Origin: an uncultured Candidatus Binatia bacterium | GTDB taxonomy: Bacteria > Desulfobacterota > Binatia > Bin18 | Length of the DNA: 64,000 bases | NCBI GenBank assembly: GCA_965214605.1 | Contig: OZ243961.1 | Location: 2,272,001 to 2,336,000, forward strand | Reading direction: 5' to 3' | In this document: positions 10,674-20,942 of the stretch, piece after piece | How positions within the stretch are numbered: the first letter of the stretch is position 1 | Layout of the letters: each line of letters starts with the position of its first letter | Position numbers and translations under genes: made by a program | The notes under the pieces: model-generated | The model's input: only the letters and a program-made list of their open reading frames with translations | The model's database searches: none | Told to the model about the DNA's origin: nothing

Positions 10674-11136
10674 ATGATTGAGCCTCCCTATTCATCGCAG
10701 GTTGGAAATCGAATATCCCTACCGGAGCACTTCGACGTGCCGGTTATTCTGGAGGACAGACGACCACTCGGCGCGGACGGCAGCGGTGGTTACGAATGCC
10801 GTGTCCGACTACCCGACAGAGCACTTGAGGAAGCAGTTATCTCTTCCGAGGAGGCCGAGGGCATTTTCGGCACCACAGCAGCAAAAGCGACCGGAAGAAC
10901 AATAACCCACCCTGTAGATCCCGAACGACTCAGACTCTTGGTCGAGTCCGTGCGCATCCGCCTCGCCCATGCCTACGATCGCCAATTCGCAGTCAGCCTC
11001 TCTGGTATCCGCACATTGCCCCACCAAATCAAGGCGGTCTATCGCAAGATGCTGCCGCAACCTCGATTGCGCTTCCTGCTCGTCAGCGATCCCGGTGCGG
11101 GCAAGATAATCATGGCGGGGCTTCTTGTCAAGGAAC
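10674..11136 (+). pseudogene. N-terminal fragment of an SNF2-family defence helicase (DrmD-like)
   Basis: LPHQIKAVYRKMLPQPRLRFLLVSDPGAGKIIMAGLLVKEL matches the LPHQ...LLADDPGAGKT motif with degenerate residues; it is truncated just after Walker A. Confidence 0.75.
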
Positions 11137-12993
11137 TCTTGCCACAGGGACGGCTGGCGCTGCCCGGCAACACCGCCGACAGGCAGCCCGCACTGCAAAA
11201 GAAACTGGAGCAAGCACAGGAGTAGGCAGGGACCTGGGCGTTAATCCAGACGCCGCCCTCGCAGGCCGGGAGTTGCAGCGTCGCTATGCTGAGGCTAAGG
11301 CGGGTGCCAACGTGGAGGTTGAGGCTTACAACCACCTAGCCAACTTTTTTCCCGCTGCTATGATGAGGGCACCTTCATATCACTGCGCCGCTATTCGGGC
11401 AGGGGCCAGTCAACCTATTTGATTTCTTACGATGAGATGGAGCTGCAGCGGGCCAATCCAGACCAGTATTGCGTCACGTCCACCAAAAACGATGCCTCCT
11501 ATGTCTTCATTGTGGCTGCGAGCGCGGTAAACTGCCGGATACGCGTTGAGACCGCGCAGGACGACGCAAAGCAGGAGAATGGGAAGGAAGTCACCGGCCG
11601 GCAGCGCCGTTTTGTGCTGTCCGAGAGCACGGGACCGGTCACCATTGACAACGACGAGCCTAGGCGTTCGCTGTGAGCATCGGTCATTGACTACAAGCGA
11701 GAAGAAAGTCTGGTCCAGCAGCAAGCAGCAGGAACGGCATCAACGAAACGGCGCGTAACCGGCGTCCTGAAAGCCCTACCCGCGGACTGGCCGGGTTCGC
11801 CCCAACCAATCGTAACCCCGAGCGTACAGCCTTAGACAAGCACCTTGTCACATACACCGTCAAGAACAGCTTTGACTCTTTCATTCACAAGACGGGGTTC
11901 TGCAGCACGAGTTGGACCCGTGCCTGAAGCCCGAGGTGTTGGATTAAATGATCTACAACAGATCGACGTTGGCCAGCCGGCTTCTTGATCGAACTTCGAG
12001 AAGCCGCGCGATTAGCATTGATAAGAGGGAGTGAGATTTGTCTCCTCTTCTAGTTTTGCTACAGAACATTGAACTCGGACAGGCTACCAAAACCGTCGCC
12101 GTGAAGATGGCCGAACCGACCGAGGTAAAGGTGGCGCCTATCATACGCTCCAATGGGATTTCTAAACTCAAAGAGCATATCGTCCTCGCCAAACCGTCAG
12201 GACTTTAGGACTTTCAAATCGAAAAAGTACCAAAGGAGCGGTCGGATGCTGAATACAATCTGCTCCTTACCAGTATGTCACGGCCACAAGGCAAAACGAG
12301 CGAAAGGATATCGTCGGAAACTCGAACAGAACGGATATCGATGTGAAAATTGCCGACAGTCTGTGTCAGAAGATATTCCTACGTCCAGTCAAATACTTTC
12401 TGAAAATGGTTCCCGCTCCAGCAAATCAATTCTCGGAAGTATGAGAACGCTTGCGTACTGTTCGCCCTGTCGCCACAACTGCGAAAGCTTTGGCCGACGA
12501 AAAAGGCAAAGTTCTCCTACCACCTGTTTCACTATTGCGCCTCCTCAGCAAGGTCTGTACCTTATGAAGGCAGAGTATGATCAAGAGGGAGAACACCCCC
12601 GCATCCCTCTTCTGTTGGCGATGACTATCTTACCGGAAACACCTAATCGGACTGGCCGCTTCGGTGAGTTGGTTTGTGATGACTTCCTTGGCACTACAAC
12701 CACTACGGCAGCTCAAAAGATGGGCGGAAAGTGGCTTAGGAGTCGAGTCGGCTCCCTTCTTTGACAATCTTCCACTCCCACAGATGAAATTGGCGCTCCT
12801 TGGTGAAAGAGGCAAGGACAATGACCACGAAATTCTGACACTGATCGAATGCGTCCCACGACACGAATACTCTTTGGAAGATCTCTGCAAGGACCTAGCT
12901 GGGATCTTTGATAACGCTCTAATCGCTTATTTCATTGAGGGGGTAAATGAGGCCCCAATATCCCAGAGGCGAGTCAGAAAGCTGGTGAAGTGA
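11137..12993 (+). pseudogene. Decayed type III R-M Mod DNA methyltransferase with several frameshifts, stops and deletions
   Basis: Fragments in shifting frames: AYNHLANFF/RCYDEGTFISLRRY, ANPDQYCV, KHLVTYTVKNSFDSFIHK, GELVCDDFLGTTTTTAAQKMGGKW (degenerate FxGSGTT) and GVESAPFFDNLPLPQMK. Confidence 0.7.
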
Positions 12994-13246
12994 CGATGAA
13001 AGCCGTCCAGAGTGTGCGGTGGCTTTGAGGGGGCGGCAACCCATCTGCGCTAGGCAGCGGATCAGATAAACACGAGGTAATATGCAAAGTCGCTTACGGA
13101 CAGTATCCGTGCTGTTGAATCCGTGGCGCGCCTGATTAGTCCGGAAGCGAGCAGCCCCCCCACCGCAACGTCCTCACCCGGGGCAGTTCCGCTGGCTCTC
13201 AGTTTATCGCTCAGTGAGACGGCTGGGCGGCTCGGTGTTTAGCATC

Positions 13247-13275
13247 GGATTCGAACCTGCGGCCGCTGGCGTGTA
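13247..13275 (-). other. tRNA 3'-half-like fragment (possible att scar)
   Basis: The minus strand reads TACAC-GCCAG-CGGCC-GCAGG-TTCGAAT-CC, which fits anticodon loop, stem, variable loop and T-arm geometry. No complete tRNA is present. Confidence 0.35.
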
Positions 13276-13388
13276 TTTCCCGAACGAGTCCGCCCTCCTC
13301 AAGCAGACAATCGGACACGTCTTGCAAGCCGGTCCTCACGCCGACGTTTACAAAGCCCTCGAAATAGGCTGATATGCCTCAGTGAGGA

Positions 13389-14462
13389 ATGTTCATGATC
13401 CAAGACGATAGCTATGAGCTGGAAGATCAGACCGATCTGACTGAGTTTTACTTTGACCAGGGCGTGACCGACGGACTGCCGGTTGTTCCTCCAACCGAAA
13501 ATCGGATGCGCGCGATGCTGGCAGCCACCAGACAGTCTCTCGCTGAGGTCATTGCCGCGGTGCCGCCGAACTACGCCGACGCTACGGTTGAGAAGATCGC
13601 CGTCAACGCCGTCATGGCGGGCTGTAAACCGGCCTACCTGCCAGTTGTGATTGCCGGTGTCCGTGCCATGTGTGATGAACGGGCGAATCTGCACGGGGTG
13701 CAGGGGACAACACATACCGCCACGCCCCTTTTTATTATCAATGGTCCGATTCGTCGGCAGCTCGACATCAACTGCGCCACCGGTGTGTTTGGCTCAGGCT
13801 GGCGGGCGAACGCTACGATTGGTCGGGCGCTGCGGCTTATTATGGTCAATATCGGCGGTGCCCAGCCCGGAGAAATCGACAAGTCGGCCATGGGCCACCC
13901 TGGCAAGTACACCTATTGCATCGGCGAGTATGAGGAGGCGAGTCCATGGGAACCGCTGCACGTTGAGCAGGGTTATGAGAAACAGCAAAGCACAATCAGC
14001 GTGTATTGCTGCGACGCTCCCCAGTGCATCAGCAACCACGGCAGTCGGACCGCCCGAGGTATCCTAGGAACGATTGGGGCCAGCATGAGCGTTGGCTGGA
14101 GCGACAAGACCTATCTGTCGAACAATCATTTAGTGATCATTGGTCCCGAGCACGCAAAAACCATTGCCGCCGGCGGCTTGGATAAACGGGGAGTGAAACG
14201 TTTTCTCTATGAAAATGTCCGCCGGCCGCTGCGTGAGCTGCTGCCCGGTCCGGACGGCAGCGAGGGCCTTCGCCGCGAACAGTTGCCCGGTTGGCTTGAT
14301 GCAGACAACGCGGCCGCGCTGATTCCAAAAGTCGTGGCCCCGGAAAATATTGTTGTCGCCGTTGCCGGGGGAACCGCCGGGCGCTTCTCGCTCCACATGT
14401 GCGGCTGGGGAGGTGGCGCAGGCAGCAGCCAACTTGTCACCGTCCCGATTACCGAAGACTGA
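13389..14462 (+). CDS. Conserved uncharacterised protein usually paired with UGSC (seleno)proteins
   Basis: 357 aa with TDGLPVVPPT, ATVEKIAVNAVMAGC and RANATIGRALRL motifs; co-operonic with the UGSC gene. Confidence 0.75.
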   Translation: MFMIQDDSYELEDQTDLTEFYFDQGVTDGLPVVPPTENRMRAMLAATRQSLAEVIAAVPPNYADATVEKIAVNAVMAGCKPAYLPVVIAGVRAMCDERANLHGVQGTTHTATPLFIINGPIRRQLDINCATGVFGSGWRANATIGRALRLIMVNIGGAQPGEIDKSAMGHPGKYTYCIGEYEEASPWEPLHVEQGYEKQQSTISVYCCDAPQCISNHGSRTARGILGTIGASMSVGWSDKTYLSNNHLVIIGPEHAKTIAAGGLDKRGVKRFLYENVRRPLRELLPGPDGSEGLRREQLPGWLDADNAAALIPKVVAPENIVVAVAGGTAGRFSLHMCGWGGGAGSSQLVTVPITED

Positions 14463-14485
14463 TTGACAAACAGGAGGAAGAGACC

Positions 14486-15025
14486 ATGGCCAAACTCTAC
14501 AACCCAACCGCAGCTCCAGTGTCCACGAGCGCCTCACTGGCTGCCCGCATCCCAGACTTGCGGAACAAGACGATTGGTTTGCTCGATATCAGCAAAGCCA
14601 AGGGGGATTTTTTTCTTGACCGACTCGCCGAGCGGCTTGAACAACAGTTTCACCCGGCTGAGATCATTCGACGCGTGAAACCAACGTTTGCCCGTCCCGC
14701 ACCAGCAGACACACGCCAAGAACTGGCCCAAAAATGTCATCTGATCATCGAAGCCTTGGCCGATTGAGGGTCGTGTACAACGTGCAGTGTGCACGACGGA
14801 ATCTTTTTTGAGAAAGCTGGTATCCCCTCAGCAGTCTTTGCCACTACCGAGTTTCGCAACGCGGCACGTGCCCAGGCCAAGGCCCTGGGTCTCCCCGATT
14901 TTGAGGTCATTTTGGTTGAGCATCCCATTCAGCCTCTGACTGTGGATGAGGTCTATGGGCGGGCTGAGGCGGTATTTGAACAGCTGGTCGCAAAACTGAC
15001 CGGCAAGGTGCTCTTCGGCCGGTAG
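14486..15025 (+). CDS. UGSC-family selenoprotein (179 aa; in-frame TGA at 14765-14767 read as Sec)
   Basis: RBS AGGAGG precedes ATG 14486. Two same-frame ORFs are joined across the TGA to give ...EALAD-U-GSCTTCSVHD..., and a stem-loop lies immediately 3' of the TGA. Confidence 0.85.
14770..14797 (+). promoter_or_regulatory. Putative bacterial SECIS-like hairpin
   Basis: GTCGTGTACA-[ACGTGCAG]-TGTGCACGAC forms a 10-bp stem (one G-U pair) beginning 3 nt after the TGA. Confidence 0.7.
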
Positions 15026-15083
15026 ACCGCGGGCTGAGGACCCGCGCCCTAGGGACGACCGACAGTCGCGCCTCTGCCTAACA

Positions 15084-16112
15084 TCACTCCAGCCCTGCAT
15101 CGGCGATTTTCAGCAGTTGCTTACCTAAATTCTTGCCCTCGAACAAACGCAAAAACGTGCGCGGGGCGTTGGCAAAGCCCTCTTGAATATCCTCCTGATG
15201 CACGAGCTGTCCGCTGTCCAGCCACGCGTTCAGCTCCTGTACCGCCTCGGCAAAACGGGGATAATAATCGACCAGGATAAAGCCCTCCATGCGCGCCCGC
15301 TGAAGAATCAAATTGAAATAGTTTTTAGGGCCGGGCTGGAGCTCTTCGTCGTTGTAACGAGAAATACCGCCGCACAGAACGATACGGGCCTTCATCGCAA
15401 TCCGGGCCAGCACCGCATCCAGAATCTCACCACCAACATTGTCAAAAAAGAGGTGGATACCGTCCGGACACAGCTCTCGCAGTCGGGCGGCAACGTCTTC
15501 GGATTTGTAATCAATGGCCGCATCAAAATGTGCCTCATTAGTCAGCCAGGCACCCTTGTCCGGTCCGCCGGCAATGCCAATCACCCGGCAGCCCTTGATT
15601 CTGGCGATCTGTCCGGCAATAGAGCCGGTAGCCCCAGCCGCTCCGGATACGACACACGTCTCACCCTCCTTGGGTTGACCAATATCGAGCACCCCAAAAT
15701 AGGCGGTCAGACCGGTGATACCCAGCACGCCGAGGGGAGCGGTGAGCGATGCTCCTGCAGGAATCTTCGACGCCGGCATCAGGCCGCCCTTCCCGGTAGT
15801 GACGGCGTATTCTTGCCAGCCGAATCCGCCCTGCACGCAGTCTCCGGACTGATAATCAGGATGTTTGGAAGCGATCACCTGTCCGGTAGTGACGGCCCGC
15901 ATGACTTCGCCGATTTGGACCGGCGGAATATAACTGGGCCGGTCATCCATCCAGCCCCGCATAGCCGGTTCAAAGGCAATATAGCAGTTACGAACGAGAA
16001 ACTGGCCGTCTTCCAGTTCTGGAATGGGCGTCTCGTGATACTGAAAATCGGACTCTTTAACCATGCCCTGGGGGCGGGCTGCCAACAGCCATTGGCCGTT
16101 CATAGGTGCCAT
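15084..16112 (-). CDS. NADP-dependent oxidoreductase (prostaglandin reductase/CurA-like, MDR family)
   Basis: LAARPQG, VVSGAAGATGS and FFDNVGG motifs; RBS AGGAGG before ATG 16112. Confidence 0.9.
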   Translation of the reverse strand: MAPMNGQWLLAARPQGMVKESDFQYHETPIPELEDGQFLVRNCYIAFEPAMRGWMDDRPSYIPPVQIGEVMRAVTTGQVIASKHPDYQSGDCVQGGFGWQEYAVTTGKGGLMPASKIPAGASLTAPLGVLGITGLTAYFGVLDIGQPKEGETCVVSGAAGATGSIAGQIARIKGCRVIGIAGGPDKGAWLTNEAHFDAAIDYKSEDVAARLRELCPDGIHLFFDNVGGEILDAVLARIAMKARIVLCGGISRYNDEELQPGPKNYFNLILQRARMEGFILVDYYPRFAEAVQELNAWLDSGQLVHQEDIQEGFANAPRTFLRLFEGKNLGKQLLKIADAGLE

Positions 16113-16123
16113 ACAAATCCTCC

Positions 16124-16981
16124 TTACTCGGTGTGGCTGAAGTATGCGCGGATGATACGGGCAACTTCTTGCGGCTTTTCCATGGGTAGAAAATGGCTGG
16201 TGCCTGGAACGGTTACGAGCTTTCCTTGGGGAATCCTCTGGGCGACCTTTTCCGCCACCAGAAACAGGGGAGGGTCGGTCCGTTCCCCCCGGAGAACCAG
16301 AGCTGGACAATCGACTTGATCAAGCTGCGAGTAGATGTCTGCCAGGGGAGATTGGGCAAACACGTGGGCTTCGACTTCGACCGGGCACTTCAGTTGAACG
16401 TGCCCGTTTGGCAAATCGACAGTCCCGTAGTTGACATAATCCCATAAAACCTCGCGCTGCCAGTCGGAAAAGGCGGCTTTTGTCCGATAGACGTCAAATA
16501 ATTGCCGGCGTGAGTCCCACACCTCACGCCGGCGCAGCGTCTGCTCAACAAGAGGCTGGTTGTTTGTAGACATCCGCTCCACAAAGGGCGGCTCGTGCGG
16601 AAAGGTCACCGGCTCAAGCAGGACTAAGCCTTGCATCTGGCCGGGATGGGTCGCCGCGTAGCCCGCCAGAAGGGCCGCCCCGCCGGAATGGCCAAGCCCG
16701 TAAAAATCGTGGAGCTGCAGAACAGCAATTACCGCTGCGACATCCCGGGCCATATCTTGCCAGTGAGAGTCTCCTAAGACCGGCTTCTCGCTGTCGCCCT
16801 GACCGCGCAAATCGAGGGTGTACACATGGTAGGCGCCTTCAAGATTCCGGATTAACTTCTGGTAGACCCAGCCGAGAAACCCGTTAGCATGCACCAGCAG
16901 CGCATCCGGCCCACCGCCACCCCAGTCGGCGACGTGGAGTTTGACTCCGTCCACATCAATGAATCGGCTGCGGGGTTTCAT
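16124..16981 (-). CDS. Alpha/beta-fold hydrolase
   Basis: HANGF, DLRGQG, GHSGG nucleophile elbow and C-terminal HF. Confidence 0.88.
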   Translation of the reverse strand: MKPRSRFIDVDGVKLHVADWGGGGPDALLVHANGFLGWVYQKLIRNLEGAYHVYTLDLRGQGDSEKPVLGDSHWQDMARDVAAVIAVLQLHDFYGLGHSGGAALLAGYAATHPGQMQGLVLLEPVTFPHEPPFVERMSTNNQPLVEQTLRRREVWDSRRQLFDVYRTKAAFSDWQREVLWDYVNYGTVDLPNGHVQLKCPVEVEAHVFAQSPLADIYSQLDQVDCPALVLRGERTDPPLFLVAEKVAQRIPQGKLVTVPGTSHFLPMEKPQEVARIIRAYFSHTE

Positions 16982-17197
16982 AGCGTTCTGGTGTAAACCA
17001 CATAGGGGTATTTGTCTAGCAACGTGAATGATGTTCTTCTGAATCGATGCAGAGAGCGTTGTCTACTCTAGAGAGCCACCTTGTCGAGAAGAGATCACCG
17101 TTGACCGCAAGCCGAGGCGTGTGTCCCTTGCACATGCCCTCCGACCTTTAGTAAAAGCCTAATACGTCTAGAATGATCCTACTAAGGAGGACTGCTT

Positions 17198-17584
17198 ATG
17201 AGTGTCCAAGAGATCGAAGCTCTCACCACGGAGTTCTTTGGCGCCTTTAGCCGCAACGATATGGCTGCGGCGGCCAACCTGCTGTCCGACGACCTTGAGG
17301 TTATTGACCATGTCCCCTATCGGTTTGAGGGCAAACAGCAGTTTGTCGACTTCTTGGCCGGTGCCATGGCCGGAATTGAGTCGGGGACGTTTGGCTGTCG
17401 CCAACTGTCGTGCCGAGTGTTTCATGACAACGGCGCAGTGGCCAACGCCTACGACACCTTTTCGGGCGTGGGCAGAGACGGCAAACCCATAAACACGCAC
17501 GGCCGCACCACCCTGGTGTTTGCCAAAGAGAGCGGCCAGTGGAAAATTGTCAGCTGCCACTTCTCGCCGCTGCCAAGCCACTAA
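17198..17584 (+). CDS. SnoaL/NTF2-like protein, copy 1
   Basis: 128 aa ending RTTLVF...WKIVSCHFS; RBS AAGGAGG. Confidence 0.85.
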   Translation: MSVQEIEALTTEFFGAFSRNDMAAAANLLSDDLEVIDHVPYRFEGKQQFVDFLAGAMAGIESGTFGCRQLSCRVFHDNGAVANAYDTFSGVGRDGKPINTHGRTTLVFAKESGQWKIVSCHFSPLPSH

Positions 17585-17597
17585 AGGAGGACCGCCC

Positions 17598-17981
17598 ATG
17601 AGTGCAGAAATTGAGGCTCTGGCCAACGAATTTTTCGCGGCCTTCAGCAGAAACGATCTCCAGGCCGCCATAGATCTGCTGTCCGACGACCTTGAGGTTA
17701 TTGACCATGTGCCCTACCGGTTCGATAACAAGCAGCAGTTTGTCGAGTTTCTCCAGGGTGCGATGGCCGCCATCGAGTCCAACACCTCCGGCCTGCGTCA
17801 AGCGTCGTGCCGGGTGTTTAACGACAGTCTCGCCGTTGTCAACGGCTACGATACTTTCAGCGGAGTGACAAAAGGTGGGCAGGCCCAGAGCCAGAACGGT
17901 CGGACCACGCTGGTGTTTGCCAAAGAGGGCGCTCAGTGGAAGATTGTCAGCTGTCATTTCTCGCCGCTGCCGAGCCACTAG
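17598..17981 (+). CDS. SnoaL/NTF2-like protein, copy 2 (tandem paralogue)
   Basis: RBS AAGGAGG and ATG at 17598; strongly similar to copy 1. Confidence 0.85.
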   Translation: MSAEIEALANEFFAAFSRNDLQAAIDLLSDDLEVIDHVPYRFDNKQQFVEFLQGAMAAIESNTSGLRQASCRVFNDSLAVVNGYDTFSGVTKGGQAQSQNGRTTLVFAKEGAQWKIVSCHFSPLPSH

Positions 17982-18004
17982 GCGCGGCGCGGAAGAAATC
18001 TCCT

Positions 18005-18032
18005 AGTTCCCTCCCATTATGGGGAGGGAACT
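18005..18032. repeat. GC-rich inverted repeat (REP-like element or terminator)
   Basis: AGTTCCCTCCC-ATTATG-GGGAGGGAACT lies just after the SnoaL pair. Confidence 0.5.
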
Positions 18033-18349
18033 GCAACCTTCCTCCCCCAGCCTGCTTGCCGCCCGCTCTTGGTGTGGCACCGCTCGATGGACGAATGTAA
18101 GCAACACCTCAAAGCCCCGGCCCGACACGTCTGGGCGTGGCTGAACGTTCCTCAGTACGTAGTCAGTCTGAACGTCTTTCACCGTTCGGTTCGCTTTCTA
18201 GACAAGGTCCCGCGCAGAGGCACCACCATCTTCATTCAGCGCTGCTTCATCGCGGCCTGGATTCTTTACGCTGAGAACGCACGATTACAACCGCCTGCGC
18301 CGCGTCCGAGTAATGAGGACAGCTCCCAAGCTCCAGAAAGGACACCTCA

Positions 18350-19198
18350 ATGACTCATCCGGTCCGTTTCGGCATCCAAACCCCACAGCAGAACAGCAAC
18401 GGCTGGCACGACATGCTGGCCGTGTGGCAGGAAGTTGAGAGACTTGGCTTTGATACAGCCTGGGTATTTGACCATTTTTTACCAATTTTTTCCGATCCAA
18501 GCGGCCCCTGCATGGAAGGGTGGACCGCCCTGTCGGCCCTGGCCATGGCCACCGAACGGATCCGGCTCGGCGTCATGGTCACCGGCAACACATACCGACA
18601 CCCGGCCGTGCTAGCGAAAACTGCCGCGACCGTCGATATCATCAGCCACGGACGTCTCATCTTCGGCATCGGTGGCGGCTGGTTTGAGCGCGAGCACGCG
18701 GCCTTCGGCATCTCATTTCCCGGTATCGGCGAACGTTTAGAGCGGCTTGAGGAGTCGCTGACCCTCATCAAGCAGCTGTGGACCCAGGACACCACGAGCT
18801 ACACGGGGCGTTACTACCAACTACACAAGGCGCCGTTTTTACCCAAACCGGTTCAAACCCCCCATCCGCCTATCCTGGTTGGCGCCTCGGGCGAACGGGT
18901 GGCCCTCGGCATTGTCGCCCGCCACGCCGACATGTGGAACAGCTTTGGTCCACCGGCGCTGTTCCGGCATAAAATCGCCCGTCTGGACGAGCACTGCCAA
19001 CGCATTGGGCGTGATCCGGACACGATCGAAAAGTCGGTTTTGGTGACCGGCATGTTTACACCCGACCAAGCCCGGCAAAAGGTCGAGGACTATGTGGACG
19101 CCGGGGTTACGCATATTATCTTTTCGGTTGAAACCGCCCAGGATATTGAAGCGGTTCGGACGTTTGCTCGGGACGTCATGCCAGCGTTCCGATCTTAA
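18350..19198 (+). CDS. LLM-class (probably F420-dependent) oxidoreductase
   Basis: WVFDHF, TGNTYRHPAVLAK and PKPVQTPHPPI motifs. Confidence 0.88.
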   Translation: MTHPVRFGIQTPQQNSNGWHDMLAVWQEVERLGFDTAWVFDHFLPIFSDPSGPCMEGWTALSALAMATERIRLGVMVTGNTYRHPAVLAKTAATVDIISHGRLIFGIGGGWFEREHAAFGISFPGIGERLERLEESLTLIKQLWTQDTTSYTGRYYQLHKAPFLPKPVQTPHPPILVGASGERVALGIVARHADMWNSFGPPALFRHKIARLDEHCQRIGRDPDTIEKSVLVTGMFTPDQARQKVEDYVDAGVTHIIFSVETAQDIEAVRTFARDVMPAFRS

Positions 19199-19253
19199 AA
19201 CGGCGCCGCATTTTTGTCTGCCTTATCATTCAGGAAAAAGGAGGAGGCGCACA

Positions 19254-19475
19254 ATGGACACAAAAGATATTATCGTTGCTAAACTGGCCGAGTGGTCTCT
19301 GGAGCTGAGCGATGACGAAATTGAGCAGCTCGTGGAACCGTACGAAACCCTGCTGCGTTGGCGCGGGACGGTGGAGGACATGCTCCGAGCCCGGCCCATT
19401 GCGGACGGCATGCAGTTTCCCGAGAGCGAACCCCTGCTGATCCACGCCCTTGACAAGAAAGGGGGTGTCCAATGA
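19254..19475 (+). CDS. Small acidic protein coupled to the amidase (GatC/AtzG-like partner?)
   Basis: RBS GGAGGAGG and ATG at 19254; the stop overlaps the amidase start (ATGA). Confidence 0.65.
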   Translation: MDTKDIIVAKLAEWSLELSDDEIEQLVEPYETLLRWRGTVEDMLRARPIADGMQFPESEPLLIHALDKKGGVQ

Positions 19476-20872
19476 GCACGGCTCAAGACCTGACCTACCT
19501 GTCGATCGCCGAGCTGTCGGGCCGAATTCAAAACAAGGACATTTCCCCGGTCGAGGTGGTTCAGGCCACGCTGGCTCGGATAGATCGGATCGAGTCGCAG
19601 CTCAACTCCTTCAACGCGGTCTTCACCGATCAAGCCCTGGCCGAGGCTCGCCAAGCCGAGGCAGACATCGGGCGCGGAGACTACCGGGGCCCTTTACACG
19701 GCATTCCAATCGGCATTAAAGACATCTACGAATACGGACCGACGACCTGTGGGTCAGAGTCCCTAGCCGATTACGTCGCTGAGCAGGACTGCACCTCGGT
19801 GGCCAAACTCAAACAGGCCGGGGCTATCGTGGTGGGAAAAACGGCGACCTATGAGTTTGCCTACGGCCTCCCCACCACCCAGTCGTATTTTAAACCGACC
19901 CGCAATCCGTGGAGTCTGGACCATGATGCCGGAGGCTCCAGTAGCGGTACGGCAGCCTCGACCGCTGCTGGCCTAGCCTACGCTGGGATGGGCTCGTGTA
20001 CTGGCGGATCGATCCGCTGGCCGGCTCAAGTCTGCGGGATTGTCGGGCTGAAGGCAACCTATGGGCGGGTCAGCCGGGCAGGCGTATACCCCTTGTCATG
20101 GAGTCTCGACCATACCGGCCCGCTGACCCGCACGGTGACCGACGCGGCACTGATGCTCCAGGCTTGCGCCGGCTATGATCCGCTCGACCCTGCTTCGGCC
20201 CGTGTCGCAGTGCCCGATTTCACGATCAAGCTAGGCCAAGACATCAAGGGCATGCGGATTGGTCTACTTCGGTCACTCTACGAGGACAGCTGCGATCCAA
20301 AACTGCTCGGCCCGTATAACGAGGCGCTGAAGAAGTTTGAAGAACTCGGGGCACAGGTTCTCGACCTGCCATCGATCAGCTTAGCCCAGATGCAGGCTAT
20401 TGAGTGGCCGGGTTTATTCGCCGACTGTGCGACGATTCATGTCAATAACGTGCGCCATACAGGCAACAAGTACAACCCGCACGCTAAGCTGTATGTCGCC
20501 TACGGACTGCTGGTCAGCGGAGCACAATACTTGATGGGTGCCCAGGCTCGAGCCCAGGTACGGGACGACTTGATCAGCGCACTTGAGGCCGACGTTGACG
20601 TGCTCATGCTGCCGACCTCGGGTTTTCAGGTCAATACCATTCAGGAGACCTCACCGGGACCCAGTATTGTGTCAAGCTCCTTCTCAGTGTACACCCCGCT
20701 CTTTAACTTCACCGGGCTGCCGGCCATTCAGATACCGTGTGGTTTTGACACCGATGGGCTCCCGGTCGGATTCCAGATTGCCGGCCTGCCCTTTGATGAA
20801 GCAACCATCTGTCAGGTGGGCTATGCCTACGAGCAGGCCACGGACTGGCATACGCGGCATCCGAACCTGTAA
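19472..20872 (+). CDS. Amidase-signature family amidase
   Basis: GPLHGIPIGIKD, GGSSSG and TGGSIRWPA motifs (Lys-cisSer-Ser triad). Confidence 0.92.
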   Translation: MSTAQDLTYLSIAELSGRIQNKDISPVEVVQATLARIDRIESQLNSFNAVFTDQALAEARQAEADIGRGDYRGPLHGIPIGIKDIYEYGPTTCGSESLADYVAEQDCTSVAKLKQAGAIVVGKTATYEFAYGLPTTQSYFKPTRNPWSLDHDAGGSSSGTAASTAAGLAYAGMGSCTGGSIRWPAQVCGIVGLKATYGRVSRAGVYPLSWSLDHTGPLTRTVTDAALMLQACAGYDPLDPASARVAVPDFTIKLGQDIKGMRIGLLRSLYEDSCDPKLLGPYNEALKKFEELGAQVLDLPSISLAQMQAIEWPGLFADCATIHVNNVRHTGNKYNPHAKLYVAYGLLVSGAQYLMGAQARAQVRDDLISALEADVDVLMLPTSGFQVNTIQETSPGPSIVSSSFSVYTPLFNFTGLPAIQIPCGFDTDGLPVGFQIAGLPFDEATICQVGYAYEQATDWHTRHPNL

Positions 20873-20942
20873 GGCGAGCGGGTGCTACCCTTCCCCTCTG
20901 AATCCTGGTAACTAGGGATCTTAGGAGGAAGGAGGAAGTCGG

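Noticed and set aside
15183-16319. 378-aa + strand ORF
   Set aside because: It is an antisense shadow of the oxidoreductase gene and has no motifs.
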